From Albidovulum sp. (GTDB lineage Bacteria > Pseudomonadota > Alphaproteobacteria > Rhodobacterales > Rhodobacteraceae): a DNA stretch of 48,515 bases. Below the pieces are notes generated by a model that was not told the DNA's origin, did no database searches, and worked only from the letters and a program-made list of their open reading frames with translations. Of this stretch, positions 8,941 through 17,892 are shown piece by piece (position 1 is the first letter of the stretch; every line of letters starts with the position of its first letter). The stretch is taken from the NCBI GenBank assembly GCA_015487815.1, contig WFPA01000074.1, positions 1 to 48,515 of the forward strand. Direction: 5' to 3'. A program made the position numbers and the translations under genes.

Positions 8941-9774
8941 TCACGCCTCCTCCCAGGCCGGATCGCGCTCGAGCACCGGCAGATGGCCGCGCGGCCCGCC
9001 GATGCGCGGCAGGCAGTTGAGCAGGCCCCGCGTGTAGGGGTGGCGGGCCTGATCGAGCCGGTCGGCGGCGATTTCCTCGACCACCTTGCCGCGATACATC
9101 ACCAGCACCCGGTCGCAGAAGCGCGAGACGAGCTTGAGGTCATGGGAGATGAAGATCAGCCCCATGCCTCGCTCACGCACGAGGTCGTCGAGGATCTTCA
9201 GCACCTCGGCCTGCACCGTCACGTCGAGGGCGGAGGTGGGTTCGTCGGCGATGAGAAGGTCAGGGCCCGGAATCAGCATCATGGCGATCATCACCCGCTG
9301 GCCCATACCTCCCGAGAGTTCGTGGGGGTAGGCATCATAGACGCGCTCCGGGTCGCGGATCTTGACCGCCTCGAGCGCATCGAGCGCCCGCCTGCGGGCC
9401 TCGGCTGGGCTCATCCGCTCGCGCAGCCTGAGCCCTTCGGTAAGCTGCCGGCCGATGCGCATCACCGGATTGAGCGAATATTTCGGATCCTGCATGATCA
9501 TCGCCATGCGCTGGCCGCGCAGCCGGCGCATCCCGCGCTCGTCGAGACGTGCGAGGTCGATACCGTCGAACAGCATCCGCCGCGCCCTGACCTGCCCCGG
9601 CTTGCGGACGAGGCCGAGAATGGCACGTCCGGTGATGGTCTTGCCGGAGCCCGATTCGCCCACCACGCCGAGCCGCTCGCGGCCGAGGCTGAAGGAGACG
9701 CCGCGCACCGCCTCGACCATGCCTGTCTCGGTGGGGAAGCGCACATGCAGATCGTCCACTTCGAGAAGACTCAT
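8941..9774 (-). CDS. Peptide/nickel ABC transporter ATP-binding protein (DppD/OppD-like)
   Basis: Walker A GESGSGKT, signature LSGGMGQRV, Walker B LIADEPTSALD. The start overlaps the upstream permease stop (ATGA). Confidence 0.9.
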   Translation of the reverse strand: MSLLEVDDLHVRFPTETGMVEAVRGVSFSLGRERLGVVGESGSGKTITGRAILGLVRKPGQVRARRMLFDGIDLARLDERGMRRLRGQRMAMIMQDPKYSLNPVMRIGRQLTEGLRLRERMSPAEARRRALDALEAVKIRDPERVYDAYPHELSGGMGQRVMIAMMLIPGPDLLIADEPTSALDVTVQAEVLKILDDLVRERGMGLIFISHDLKLVSRFCDRVLVMYRGKVVEEIAADRLDQARHPYTRGLLNCLPRIGGPRGHLPVLERDPAWEEA

Positions 9775-10700
9775 CGGCTGGTACTCCGCGGATCGAGCAC
9801 GTCCCTCAGCCCGTCACCCAGAAGGTTGAAGCCGAGAGAGACGATGAAGATGGCGAGCCCCGGCATGGTGGCGACCCACCACTGGTCGAATAGGAACTTG
9901 CGGCCCGAGGAGATCATCAGCCCCCATTCGGGCAGGGGCGGCTGGGCTCCGAGGCCGAGGAAACCGAGCCCGGCAGCGGTGAGGATCACCCCGGCCATGT
10001 CGAGCGTGACACGGATGATGACCGAAGGCAGGCACATCGGGGTGACATGGCCGAGGATGATTCGCCCATGCGAGGCACCGGCAAGGCGGATGGCAGCGAT
10101 GTAGTCGGCGCTACGGACGGTGAGCGTTTCGGCTCGGGCGACGCGGGCATAGGGCGGCCAGGCGGTCAGGGCGATGGCGAGGATGGCGTTCTCGATGCCC
10201 GGTCCGAGCGCGGCGACGAGGGCAAGGGCGAGGATGAGGCGCGGAAAGGCGAGGAAGATGTCGGTGAGCCGCATCAGCACCGCATCGACCCAGCCGCCGA
10301 AATAGCCCGAGACCGTGCCTACGAGAAGGCCGAAGACCGGTGCCGTGACCGCCACGAGGGCGACGATGGTCAACGTAATGCGCGAGCCGTGAACGATGCG
10401 CGAGAGGATGTCGCGGCCGAATTCGTCGGTGCCGAGCCAGTGCCCCGGCGTGAGGGGTGGCAGCAACCGCCGCGTCAGATCCTGCTCGAGCGGATCATGC
10501 GGGGCGAGGAGGGGAGCGAAGAGCGCCATCAGCACCAGCGCGAGAATGATGCCGAGGCCGATCATGGCCAGCGGGTTGCGCGAGAATCGCAGCCAGGTGA
10601 GCCATGCCTGGCCGAGTCTCGCCTGCAGCCGCGAGGACGGGTTCGGGTCGGTCAGCCAGGCCGAAAGCCGCCCGAGGGGTGTGAGGAAAGGGCCGCTCAT
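9771..10700 (-). CDS. Peptide/nickel ABC transporter permease (DppC-like)
   Basis: ATG at 10700 (MSGPFLTPLG..) overlaps the dppB-like stop. Motifs include HWLGTDEFGRD and the EAA-loop region AIRLAGAS. The upstream half of the tracked 652-aa ORF is an out-of-frame shadow of the neighbouring gene. Confidence 0.9.
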   Translation of the reverse strand: MSGPFLTPLGRLSAWLTDPNPSSRLQARLGQAWLTWLRFSRNPLAMIGLGIILALVLMALFAPLLAPHDPLEQDLTRRLLPPLTPGHWLGTDEFGRDILSRIVHGSRITLTIVALVAVTAPVFGLLVGTVSGYFGGWVDAVLMRLTDIFLAFPRLILALALVAALGPGIENAILAIALTAWPPYARVARAETLTVRSADYIAAIRLAGASHGRIILGHVTPMCLPSVIIRVTLDMAGVILTAAGLGFLGLGAQPPLPEWGLMISSGRKFLFDQWWVATMPGLAIFIVSLGFNLLGDGLRDVLDPRSTSR

Positions 10701-11779
10701 GCCGCCGCCCTCGCGCGCGGGTCGATCAGCCGGTAGAGAATGTCGGATGCCATGTTGAGAAGGATGAAGGCGGCGCCGACGATGATCGTCCCTCCCATCA
10801 CCGCCGCCATGTCGGCCGACATCAGTGCATTGGTGATGTAGAGCCCGAGACCCGGCCAGGCGAAGACGGTTTCGGTCAGCACCGAGCCTTCGAGCAGGTT
10901 GGCGTAGGACAGGGCGATGACGGTGATGAGCGGCACGAGCGTGTTGCCGAGCGCGTGCACCCAGACCACCCGCCATTCCGGCAGCCCCTTCACCCGGGCG
11001 GTGGTTACGTATTCCTGGGATAGTTCGTTCATCATGAAGGAGCGGGTCATGCGGCTGATGTAGGCCATCGAGTAATAGGCCAGCACACCGGCCGGCAGCA
11101 CGATGTGCGACAGTGCGTTGCGGAAGATGTCCCAGGCACCGGCCAAGGCGCTGTCGATCAGGATCATGCCGGTATGGCGCGGCACTTCGCTTTCGAACAT
11201 CATTTCCTGGAAGGTGTCGAGCCGCCCCGGCCCGCCGACCCAGCCGAGCTCGCCATAGAAGATCAGCAGTCCCATCAGCCCGAGCCAGAAGACCGGCATC
11301 GAGTAGCCCACGAGGCCGAGAATGCGAATGATCTGGTCGGTGAGGGTGCCGGGGCGGGTAGCGGCAATCACGCCGGTCGGCACGCCAAGAAGGACGCCGA
11401 GAATGGTGGCGAGGGTGGCAAGCTCGAGCGTTGCCGGGAAGACGCGGCCGATGTCCTCGAGCACGGGTTTTGCCGTCAGCAGCGAGGTGCCGAAATTGCC
11501 GGTCGCCGCATCCTTCACATAGATCAGGAACTGCACGATCAGCGGCCGGTCGAGCCCGAGGGCGTGGCGCGCCGCCTCGTATTGCTCCTGCGTCGCCCGT
11601 TCGCCGACGATGGCCAGAACCGGGTCGATCGGCACCACGCGACCGATGAAGAAGGTGATGGCGAGAAGGCCGAGAAAGGTCGTCGCCAACATCACGAAGA
11701 GGCGCAGGAGATCCTTTGCCAGCTGCCACAGCCGGCGTGCGATGCCGTCGCGGGGAAGGGTGGTTGTGTTGCTGCTCAA
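10697..11779 (-). CDS. Peptide/nickel ABC transporter permease (DppB-like)
   Basis: Typical core ..FFIGRVVPIDPV..YVTTARVKGL... The start is uncertain. I favour TTG at 11779, preceded by GAGAGG. The tracked ORF extends to 11866 with an Arg/Gly-rich leader. Confidence 0.8.
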   Translation of the reverse strand: MSSNTTTLPRDGIARRLWQLAKDLLRLFVMLATTFLGLLAITFFIGRVVPIDPVLAIVGERATQEQYEAARHALGLDRPLIVQFLIYVKDAATGNFGTSLLTAKPVLEDIGRVFPATLELATLATILGVLLGVPTGVIAATRPGTLTDQIIRILGLVGYSMPVFWLGLMGLLIFYGELGWVGGPGRLDTFQEMMFESEVPRHTGMILIDSALAGAWDIFRNALSHIVLPAGVLAYYSMAYISRMTRSFMMNELSQEYVTTARVKGLPEWRVVWVHALGNTLVPLITVIALSYANLLEGSVLTETVFAWPGLGLYITNALMSADMAAVMGGTIIVGAAFILLNMASDILYRLIDPRARAAA

Positions 11780-11918
11780 CTCTGCCTCTCGGTGTTCGAT
11801 CGAGGAGGGCGCATCCGCCCCTGCCGCTCGAAGGGGCCCACCGCCCGGCAGGCCCCTTCTTCTCATGCCCCGGCGAACGGGAATATCCGCCGCGGCGGCG
11901 CGAGCAAGACGCGCCTGC

Positions 11919-13520
11919 TCAGTTCTTCTTCACGGTCCAGTAGAAGGCCGAGTGGATCGAGCCCCCGGCGACGAAGCCCTCGACATTCCTGCGCATCGCC
12001 ACCTGCTCGATGGCCTGGAACATCTCGGCAAAGGGCGACACCTTCTGATGGATCCGCTGGATCTTCTCGTACATCGCCCGGCGCTTGTCGGTATCCCGCT
12101 CGACCACGGCGGCCTCGACCAGCGGCGTCGTCTCCTTCGCCGGCCAGGCGTTGCGCCAGGCGAGAATGCCGGTCAGCTTCGCCTCGTCCGAGTTGTCGGG
12201 GTTCCAGGCGAAGGTCGAGGCGTTGGTGTGCGGATCGGGGTAATCCGGCCCCCAGGCACCGAGATAGATCTCGTGCTTGCGGGCGCGATACTGGCCGAGG
12301 ATCTCCTTGCCGGTGCCGACCCGAAGCTCGACCTCGATGCCGGCCTTGGCGAAGGTGTTCTGCAGCGACTGGGCCATCTCGAGGCGCTGCTGGTCGTTGC
12401 GCACGAAGATCCGCACCTTGAACGGCCCGACGCCCGCTTCCTTCAGGAGTGCCCTGGCCTTCTCGATGTCGAGCTTGTAGGGCCTGTCGTCGATCGCGCC
12501 GAGGAAGCCCTTGGGCAGGAAGGCCTGGTGGACGACATAGGCCCCCTTGAGGAAGCTGTTCGCCATGCCGTCATAGTCGATCAGATACTTGATCGCCTCG
12601 ATGACCTTCGGGTTGTTGAGCGGAGCGACCTTCTTGTTGAGGGCGATATACATGATCCGGCCGCGGACTTCGTCCCTGACCTTGATGTCGGAATTGCCCT
12701 TCACCCCCTCGATGTCCACCGGCGTCAGCTTGCGGGCGATGTCCACGTCACCCTTTTCGAGCAACAGCCGCTGGGTGGCGGGCTCGGCCACATGGCGCAC
12801 GAACACCTTTTCCATTGCCGGGGCACCGCGCCAGTAGCTCTTGTTGGCTTCGAGGATGTAGCTGTCGGAAGGCTTGTAGAGCTTGAGGCTGTAGGCGCCG
12901 GAACCGGCCGAATGGGTCTTCAGCCAGCCATAGCCCATGTCGCCGTTCTGCTCATGTGCCAGCGCTTCCTTCTTGTCCACGATCGAGGCGACCACCGCCG
13001 TCAGGCAGTAGTAGAAGAAGGACGGGGCGTATTTCTTGTCGGTGGTGATGATGACCTTGTCGCCCTCGGCGCGGATGCGCTGATCGACGTTCTCCGGCGT
13101 GAAGCCGAACTGGGTGAGGATGAAGGAGGGCGTCTTGTTAAGCTTGACGGCCCGTTGCAGCGACCAGGCGGCGTCCTCGGCCGTCACCGGATTGCCCGAG
13201 TGGAACTTCACCCCCTTGCGCATGACGAAGGTGTAGGTCTTGCCGTCATCGGCAACCGACCAGCTTTCCGCCAGCCCCGGCACGAGGGGGCCGAGATTGT
13301 TCGGATCGAGCTCGACTAGCGTGTCGTAAATGTTGTTGAGCATGTCGTTGCCGGAGAACTCGAAGCTCTCGGCCGGGTCGAGCGAAACGATGTCGTCGAT
13401 CTTGTCAGCTATGACCAGCACGTTGTCGGGGGTGCCGGCCATGGCCGGGATCGTTCCCAGCCCCAGACCGAGGCCAAGCGCCAGCGCGGCGGCAACCCCC
13501 CGCAATCTTTCATGAAACAT
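11919..13520 (-). CDS. ABC transporter substrate-binding protein, family 5 (peptide/nickel type)
   Basis: GGGAGA RBS and a signal peptide ending PAMAG. The size (533 aa) and SBP_bac_5-like sequence fit, and it is the first gene of the dpp-like operon. Confidence 0.85.
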   Translation of the reverse strand: MFHERLRGVAAALALGLGLGLGTIPAMAGTPDNVLVIADKIDDIVSLDPAESFEFSGNDMLNNIYDTLVELDPNNLGPLVPGLAESWSVADDGKTYTFVMRKGVKFHSGNPVTAEDAAWSLQRAVKLNKTPSFILTQFGFTPENVDQRIRAEGDKVIITTDKKYAPSFFYYCLTAVVASIVDKKEALAHEQNGDMGYGWLKTHSAGSGAYSLKLYKPSDSYILEANKSYWRGAPAMEKVFVRHVAEPATQRLLLEKGDVDIARKLTPVDIEGVKGNSDIKVRDEVRGRIMYIALNKKVAPLNNPKVIEAIKYLIDYDGMANSFLKGAYVVHQAFLPKGFLGAIDDRPYKLDIEKARALLKEAGVGPFKVRIFVRNDQQRLEMAQSLQNTFAKAGIEVELRVGTGKEILGQYRARKHEIYLGAWGPDYPDPHTNASTFAWNPDNSDEAKLTGILAWRNAWPAKETTPLVEAAVVERDTDKRRAMYEKIQRIHQKVSPFAEMFQAIEQVAMRRNVEGFVAGGSIHSAFYWTVKKN

Positions 13521-13669
13521 CTTTCCATCTCCCTGCTGAATTGCGATCCTTCGATCGGCAGGCGCCGGTTGTCCGGCGTCCTCGAGGAGATTGACAAATT
13601 GTCGCGCCCCCTGTCGAGTCCTTTTCGTTGTGGGGGTGGTGACCTTTCACCACAAAGGGGATCTGTTCG

Positions 13670-14731
13670 ATGAACAGGCAGCATGCCGTCTTCGACGGGC
13701 ACAACGATCTTCTATACAAGCTCTGGTCGGCCGGCGACCGGCAGGGGGAGGCCTTCTTTGCCGGGCGCTCCGACGGTCATCTCGACCTCGCGCGCTGCCG
13801 GGCGGGCGGGTTTGCCGGTGGTCTTTTCGCCATCTGGGTGCCGCAGCAAGGCCCGATGCCGGATTTCTCCGCTCTGCCGCTCGAGACGTTGCCGGCCTTC
13901 GATCCGATCGAGCCTGCCGATGCCCGCCGCGCCACGCTCGAGATGATGGCCATCGCCCATCGCATGGCCTATGCGCGGCCCGACGACTTTCGCATCTGTC
14001 GCACGGCCGGAGAGATCGAGGCGGCCCGGGCGGCCGGTGCCGTTGCCTGCGTGCTGCATGTCGAGGGAGCGGAGGCAGTCGGTCCCGGTTGCGACGAGCT
14101 CGAGGTGCTCCATGCTGCGGGGTTGCGCTCCCTCGGGCCGGTCTGGTCGCGGCCCAACATCTTCGGTACCGGCGTCTCCTTCCGCTTTCCTGGCACGCCC
14201 GAGGAGGGACCGGGGCTGACAGAGGCCGGCAAGCGGCTCGTGCGCGAATGCAACCGCCTCGGCATCGTCATCGACCTCAGCCATCTCAACGCCGCCGGGT
14301 TTCGCGACGTGGCGGCACTTTCGGATGCGCCGCTCGTGGCCAGCCATTCCAACGTGCACGCCCTTTGCCCTTCGCCGCGCAATCTCACCGACTGGCAGCT
14401 CGACGCGATTCGCGATTCGGGCGGGCTCGTGGGGGTCAATTTCGCCGTCGGTTTCCTGCGCGCGGATGGCCGGCGCGAAGCCGGCACGCCGCTTTCGGTC
14501 ATCACCGCCCATCTGGCGCGACTGGTCGAGCGGCTCGGCGAGACCGGCGTGGCCCTCGGTTCCGATTTCGACGGTGCCGAGATTCCCGATGCCCTCGATG
14601 ATGCGGCCGGCCTGCCGCGGCTGGTGGCCGAGATGGAGCGGGCCGGCTTCGGCGCCGCTCTCATCGAACGGATCCTCTGGCGCAACTGGGTCGATCTGCT
14701 CGGGCGCAGTCTTCACCCGCCGCGGGGCTGA
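13670..14731 (+). CDS. Membrane (renal-type) dipeptidase, peptidase family M19
   Basis: AGGGGA RBS. N-terminal metal motif VFDGHNDLLYKL. Later DLSHLN and SHSN motifs typical of M19. Confidence 0.85.
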   Translation: MNRQHAVFDGHNDLLYKLWSAGDRQGEAFFAGRSDGHLDLARCRAGGFAGGLFAIWVPQQGPMPDFSALPLETLPAFDPIEPADARRATLEMMAIAHRMAYARPDDFRICRTAGEIEAARAAGAVACVLHVEGAEAVGPGCDELEVLHAAGLRSLGPVWSRPNIFGTGVSFRFPGTPEEGPGLTEAGKRLVRECNRLGIVIDLSHLNAAGFRDVAALSDAPLVASHSNVHALCPSPRNLTDWQLDAIRDSGGLVGVNFAVGFLRADGRREAGTPLSVITAHLARLVERLGETGVALGSDFDGAEIPDALDDAAGLPRLVAEMERAGFGAALIERILWRNWVDLLGRSLHPPRG

Positions 14732-14761
14732 CCTTCCATGTGACGATGCCGTCGCGTCCGC

Positions 14762-15298
14762 TCAGTCCTCGGCGGCCAGGGCCTGCTGGATGCGGTAGTT
14801 CTCGTCGATATTGGCGAGCATCTTCTTCAGCGTCGTCTTGAAGGTGGCCTTCTCCTCCTCGGAGATGCCCCTGAAAAGCTCGTCGCCCGCCTCGCGGATG
14901 AAGGGCCAGATGCGCTTGAAGAGGGCACGGCCCTTTTCGGTCATGTAGACGCGCACGGCGCGGTTGTCGTCGGGGTTGACCCTTCGGACGACGAGCCCGT
15001 CCCGCTCCATGCCGTCCAGCGCGCGTGACAGGGTGGATTGTTCGACGACGGCATGCATGGCCAGCTCGCCGATCTGAACGCCGTCGCTCACGCTCAGAAC
15101 GCCCAGAGTCCTCATCTTGACGATGGTCAGCCCGAAAGGAGCGAGCCGCCGCCGGAGCCGTGCCGTGTGCTTGCCTACGGTGCGCACGAGAAGATAGGGC
15201 ACGAACTCCCCGAGAACGAGATCTTCGTCCTGTGGCGTTTCGGCGCCGGGCATGGCCTGCACGATATCCTGTCGAATTGCCTCAGCCGGTTTTGTCAT
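14762..15298 (-). CDS. MarR family transcriptional regulator
   Basis: Winged-helix core LSVSDGVQIGELAMHAVVEQSTLSRALDGMERDGLVVRRVNPDDNRAVRVYMTEKG. The start codon choice (15298) has poor SD spacing and is uncertain. Confidence 0.85.
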   Translation of the reverse strand: MTKPAEAIRQDIVQAMPGAETPQDEDLVLGEFVPYLLVRTVGKHTARLRRRLAPFGLTIVKMRTLGVLSVSDGVQIGELAMHAVVEQSTLSRALDGMERDGLVVRRVNPDDNRAVRVYMTEKGRALFKRIWPFIREAGDELFRGISEEEKATFKTTLKKMLANIDENYRIQQALAAED

Positions 15299-15467
15299 CC
15301 TCGCGATCCCGTTTCATGTTTCCGTCTGCATGTGCTCGAACATGCGCTTTGCCGTGAAATGGGGCAGGTCCGGAAAAAATGAAGAGGGCGCCAGCAGTTT
15401 TTTGTTTAATTTTTTGCGTAAATAGGAATGAGCACGAGAGCAAGTGCTTTTCGGGCACGGAGGCACG

Positions 15468-16292
15468 ATGAGCGGAAATTGTGCGGGGCATGCTGGCAGC
15501 GATGAGGAGATGATGGCCGGAATCGTGGTTGAGACCGCCTGGGGCGCAGTCGGCTTTCTCACCGTGCGGCCCGTGGCGCCGCAACAAGAAAGGCGGCCGG
15601 TTGCCAAAACGCCCGGCCCGCTGGCTGCGGCGGAACCCCTGGCCGTGATCGGCGACATTCACGGCCGGGTCGATCTGCTTGATGCGCTGCTTGCAGCCCT
15701 GGAGAAGGCGGTGCCCGGCGCGCGACGGGTTTTCGTCGGCGATCTCGTCGATCGTGGTCCGGCCAGCCGCGACGTGCTTCTGAAGGTGAAGGCGCTGACG
15801 GAAGCGGGCGCCGTTGCGCTTCTCGGAAATCACGAGCGGATGATGCGCGACTTTCTTGCCGATCCGGTCGGTGCGGGGCGGCTCTGGCTGATGAATGGCG
15901 GCACCGGGACGCTGGAGAGCTTCGGCATCGATCCCTTCGCACATGGCCCTGCCGGACTTGCCGCACGGCTCGAGGCCGCGCTTGAGGCGGCAGGGCTGCT
16001 TTCCTGGCTCGAGGCGCGGCCGCTGCTGTGGCGAAGCGGCAATGTCGTCGTTGTCCATGCGCTTGTCGATCCGGGAAGGCCGCTCGAGGCGCAGCGCGAG
16101 GAGGATCTCCTGTGGCGCCGGCCTTCGCCCGCGGATCCGCCCCATCGGGACGGGATCTGGGTCGTGCATGGCCATACGGTGATGCCGGCGCCCGTCGTCG
16201 CTCCGGGCTATGTGCGGATCGATCTTGGCGCCTGGCGCTCGGGAAATCTCTGCGCGGCTCTCATCGGCGCCGAAGGGATGGCTCAGCCCTGA
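15468..16292 (+). CDS. Metallophosphoesterase (ApaH/PrpE-like Ser/Thr phosphatase family)
   Basis: ATG at 15468, 4 nt after GGAGG. Motifs GDIHG, GDLVDRG, GNHE and VHGH. Confidence 0.8.
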   Translation: MSGNCAGHAGSDEEMMAGIVVETAWGAVGFLTVRPVAPQQERRPVAKTPGPLAAAEPLAVIGDIHGRVDLLDALLAALEKAVPGARRVFVGDLVDRGPASRDVLLKVKALTEAGAVALLGNHERMMRDFLADPVGAGRLWLMNGGTGTLESFGIDPFAHGPAGLAARLEAALEAAGLLSWLEARPLLWRSGNVVVVHALVDPGRPLEAQREEDLLWRRPSPADPPHRDGIWVVHGHTVMPAPVVAPGYVRIDLGAWRSGNLCAALIGAEGMAQP

Positions 16293-17209
16293 GAGGCGGC
16301 GGTCTTCCGCACGATGTAAGCGGCCGTCATCAGGTCGAGATGGGCGCCGCCACCATTCTTGAACAGGGTGATTTCCTCGGGCGAGGTGCGGCGGAAGCGG
16401 CCTGCGGCGATGTCGGAAAAGTCGGCAATCACGTCGTCCTCGCCAATCACGCCCTTCTTCATCGGGATGACGAGTTCGCCGATCTCGCCGATGGTGGTGG
16501 CGCGGGCATCGACGAAGATTCTCGCGCGCGCAAGGGCTGCGTCGTCGGCCTCGCGCATGTCGGGGCGGAAGGCGCCGACGAGATCGACATGCTGGCCGGG
16601 GCGGAGCCAGGCGCCGCGGATGAGCGGCTCGGTGCTCATGGTGGCGGCGGTCACGATGTCGGCGCCGCGCACGGCGGTCTCGAGGTCGTCGGCAACGTCG
16701 ATCGGAGCAAGATCGGCGAGGCGGGCGGAAAGCATCCGCGCCCGTTCGGGGGTGCGGTTCCAGATCGTGAAACGGGCTTCCGGGAAGGCGGCGGCATAAG
16801 CGCGAATCAGCATGCCGGCGATCACTCCGGCGCCGATGACGGCGATGCTGCGACTGTCGGGCCGGGCGAGATGGAGCGCACCGAGAAGGCTGTCGGCCGC
16901 GGTCTTCCAGCGGGTGACGAGGGAGAAGTCGATCAGCGCCCTGGGGGCTCCGGTCATGTCGTCGAACAGGGTGACGGCGCCATTTACCGATGGCATGTCG
17001 CGCACGGTGTTGCCGGGAAAGACGGTCGCGGTCTTGACGAGGATGCCGAGCCCGTCGATCCAGGCATGGCGCGAGAGCATGGCATCCTCGCCGCGGGTGA
17101 AGAGCACGTCGGAAATCTGCGGCCGCGGCAGACGATGGCCGGCCTCGAGCGCATGGGCGAGCTCCAGCCAGTCGAGTCGTTCCTCGATGTCGGGGCCGAT
17201 CGTCTTCAT
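16283..17209 (-). CDS. Ornithine cyclodeaminase/mu-crystallin family protein
   Basis: ATG at 17209 after GGAGGAGGAG, overlapping the HAD stop. Rossmann motif IAVIGAGVIAG. The 308-aa size is typical. The 3' end overlaps the convergent phosphoesterase gene by 10 nt. Confidence 0.8.
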   Translation of the reverse strand: MKTIGPDIEERLDWLELAHALEAGHRLPRPQISDVLFTRGEDAMLSRHAWIDGLGILVKTATVFPGNTVRDMPSVNGAVTLFDDMTGAPRALIDFSLVTRWKTAADSLLGALHLARPDSRSIAVIGAGVIAGMLIRAYAAAFPEARFTIWNRTPERARMLSARLADLAPIDVADDLETAVRGADIVTAATMSTEPLIRGAWLRPGQHVDLVGAFRPDMREADDAALARARIFVDARATTIGEIGELVIPMKKGVIGEDDVIADFSDIAAGRFRRTSPEEITLFKNGGGAHLDLMTAAYIVRKTAASQG

Positions 17210-17892
17210 GCCTGCTCCTCCTCCGTCTGTCCGGCGCGGCTCAGGGCCGCGGCCGCCGCTTCGGGACTGACGAGCCCCGCCTCGGTCAGACGCGCGGCCA
17301 GGGCGGCGGGGCTTGCAGCGGGGTCGGTGAAATGCAGCACCTGCCAGCCGCGGGACCAGGCGGCGGCGATGTTGTCGGCCCGGTCGTCGATGAAGAGGAG
17401 ACGCTCCGGGGGAAGGCCGCACGCCTCCTCGACGATGGCATAGATCCGCGGGTCGGGTTTGGTGACGCCGAGATGACCCGAAATGAAGCGCCGGTCGAAA
17501 TCGGCGAGGAAATCGTAATGGGCTTCGGCGATCTCGAAGGAGCCGATGCCGAAATTGGTCAGCGCGAAGACCGGCACGCCCGCTTCCCGCAGGCTTTGCT
17601 GGAGCGCGACCGAGGGGCGGATGACCGGGCCGGTGAGATCGAGCCAGCGCTCGCGCCACAGCCGGATGAGGGGGGCGAATTCGGGGTGGGCCGCCGCCGT
17701 CTCCTCGACGGTGGCATGGAAGTCGCCACCCCGGTCGATCCGCTCGTTCATGGCGTGAAGATCGACCGTCTCGAACAGGCGCTTGCGCGTCTCGTGGCCG
17801 ACGAGACGGTCGTAGAAGCGTTCGGGCTGCCAGCCGATCAGCACGTTGCCGATTTCGAAGATGACGGCTTCGGGGGCGGTTTCTGCGCTCAT
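17206..17892 (-). CDS. HAD-superfamily hydrolase (YihX-like subfamily IA) with atypical motif I
   Basis: ATG at 17892 overlaps the AEC stop. Motif II FALTN, motif III GVTKPD and motif IV FIDDRADN are present. Motif I reads VIFEIGNVL, with Glu where the nucleophile Asp is expected. Confidence 0.75.
   Translation of the reverse strand: MSAETAPEAVIFEIGNVLIGWQPERFYDRLVGHETRKRLFETVDLHAMNERIDRGGDFHATVEETAAAHPEFAPLIRLWRERWLDLTGPVIRPSVALQQSLREAGVPVFALTNFGIGSFEIAEAHYDFLADFDRRFISGHLGVTKPDPRIYAIVEEACGLPPERLLFIDDRADNIAAAWSRGWQVLHFTDPAASPAALAARLTEAGLVSPEAAAAALSRAGQTEEEQA

Noticed and set aside
10701-11729. Apparent 652-aa fusion ORF (9771-11729). Similar long N-terminal extensions occur in the tracked ORFs 16283-17659, 17206-19020, 22996-24429, 29963-31354, 37130-38344, 37903-39729 and 43413-44702.
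   Set aside because: The upstream halves are out-of-frame read-throughs of the preceding gene, with low-complexity Arg/Pro/Gly sequence. In each case an internal ATG with an SD, usually in a 4-nt overlap with the upstream stop, yields a normal-length family member.
15365-15397. CAGGTCCGGAA string resembling the conserved SRP (4.5S) RNA domain IV motif.
   Set aside because: The match ends after GGAA. The sequence continues AAAATGAAGAGG instead of GGAAGCAGCC, and there is no flanking helix to form the SRP hairpin. It is a coincidental 11-mer inside a promoter region.
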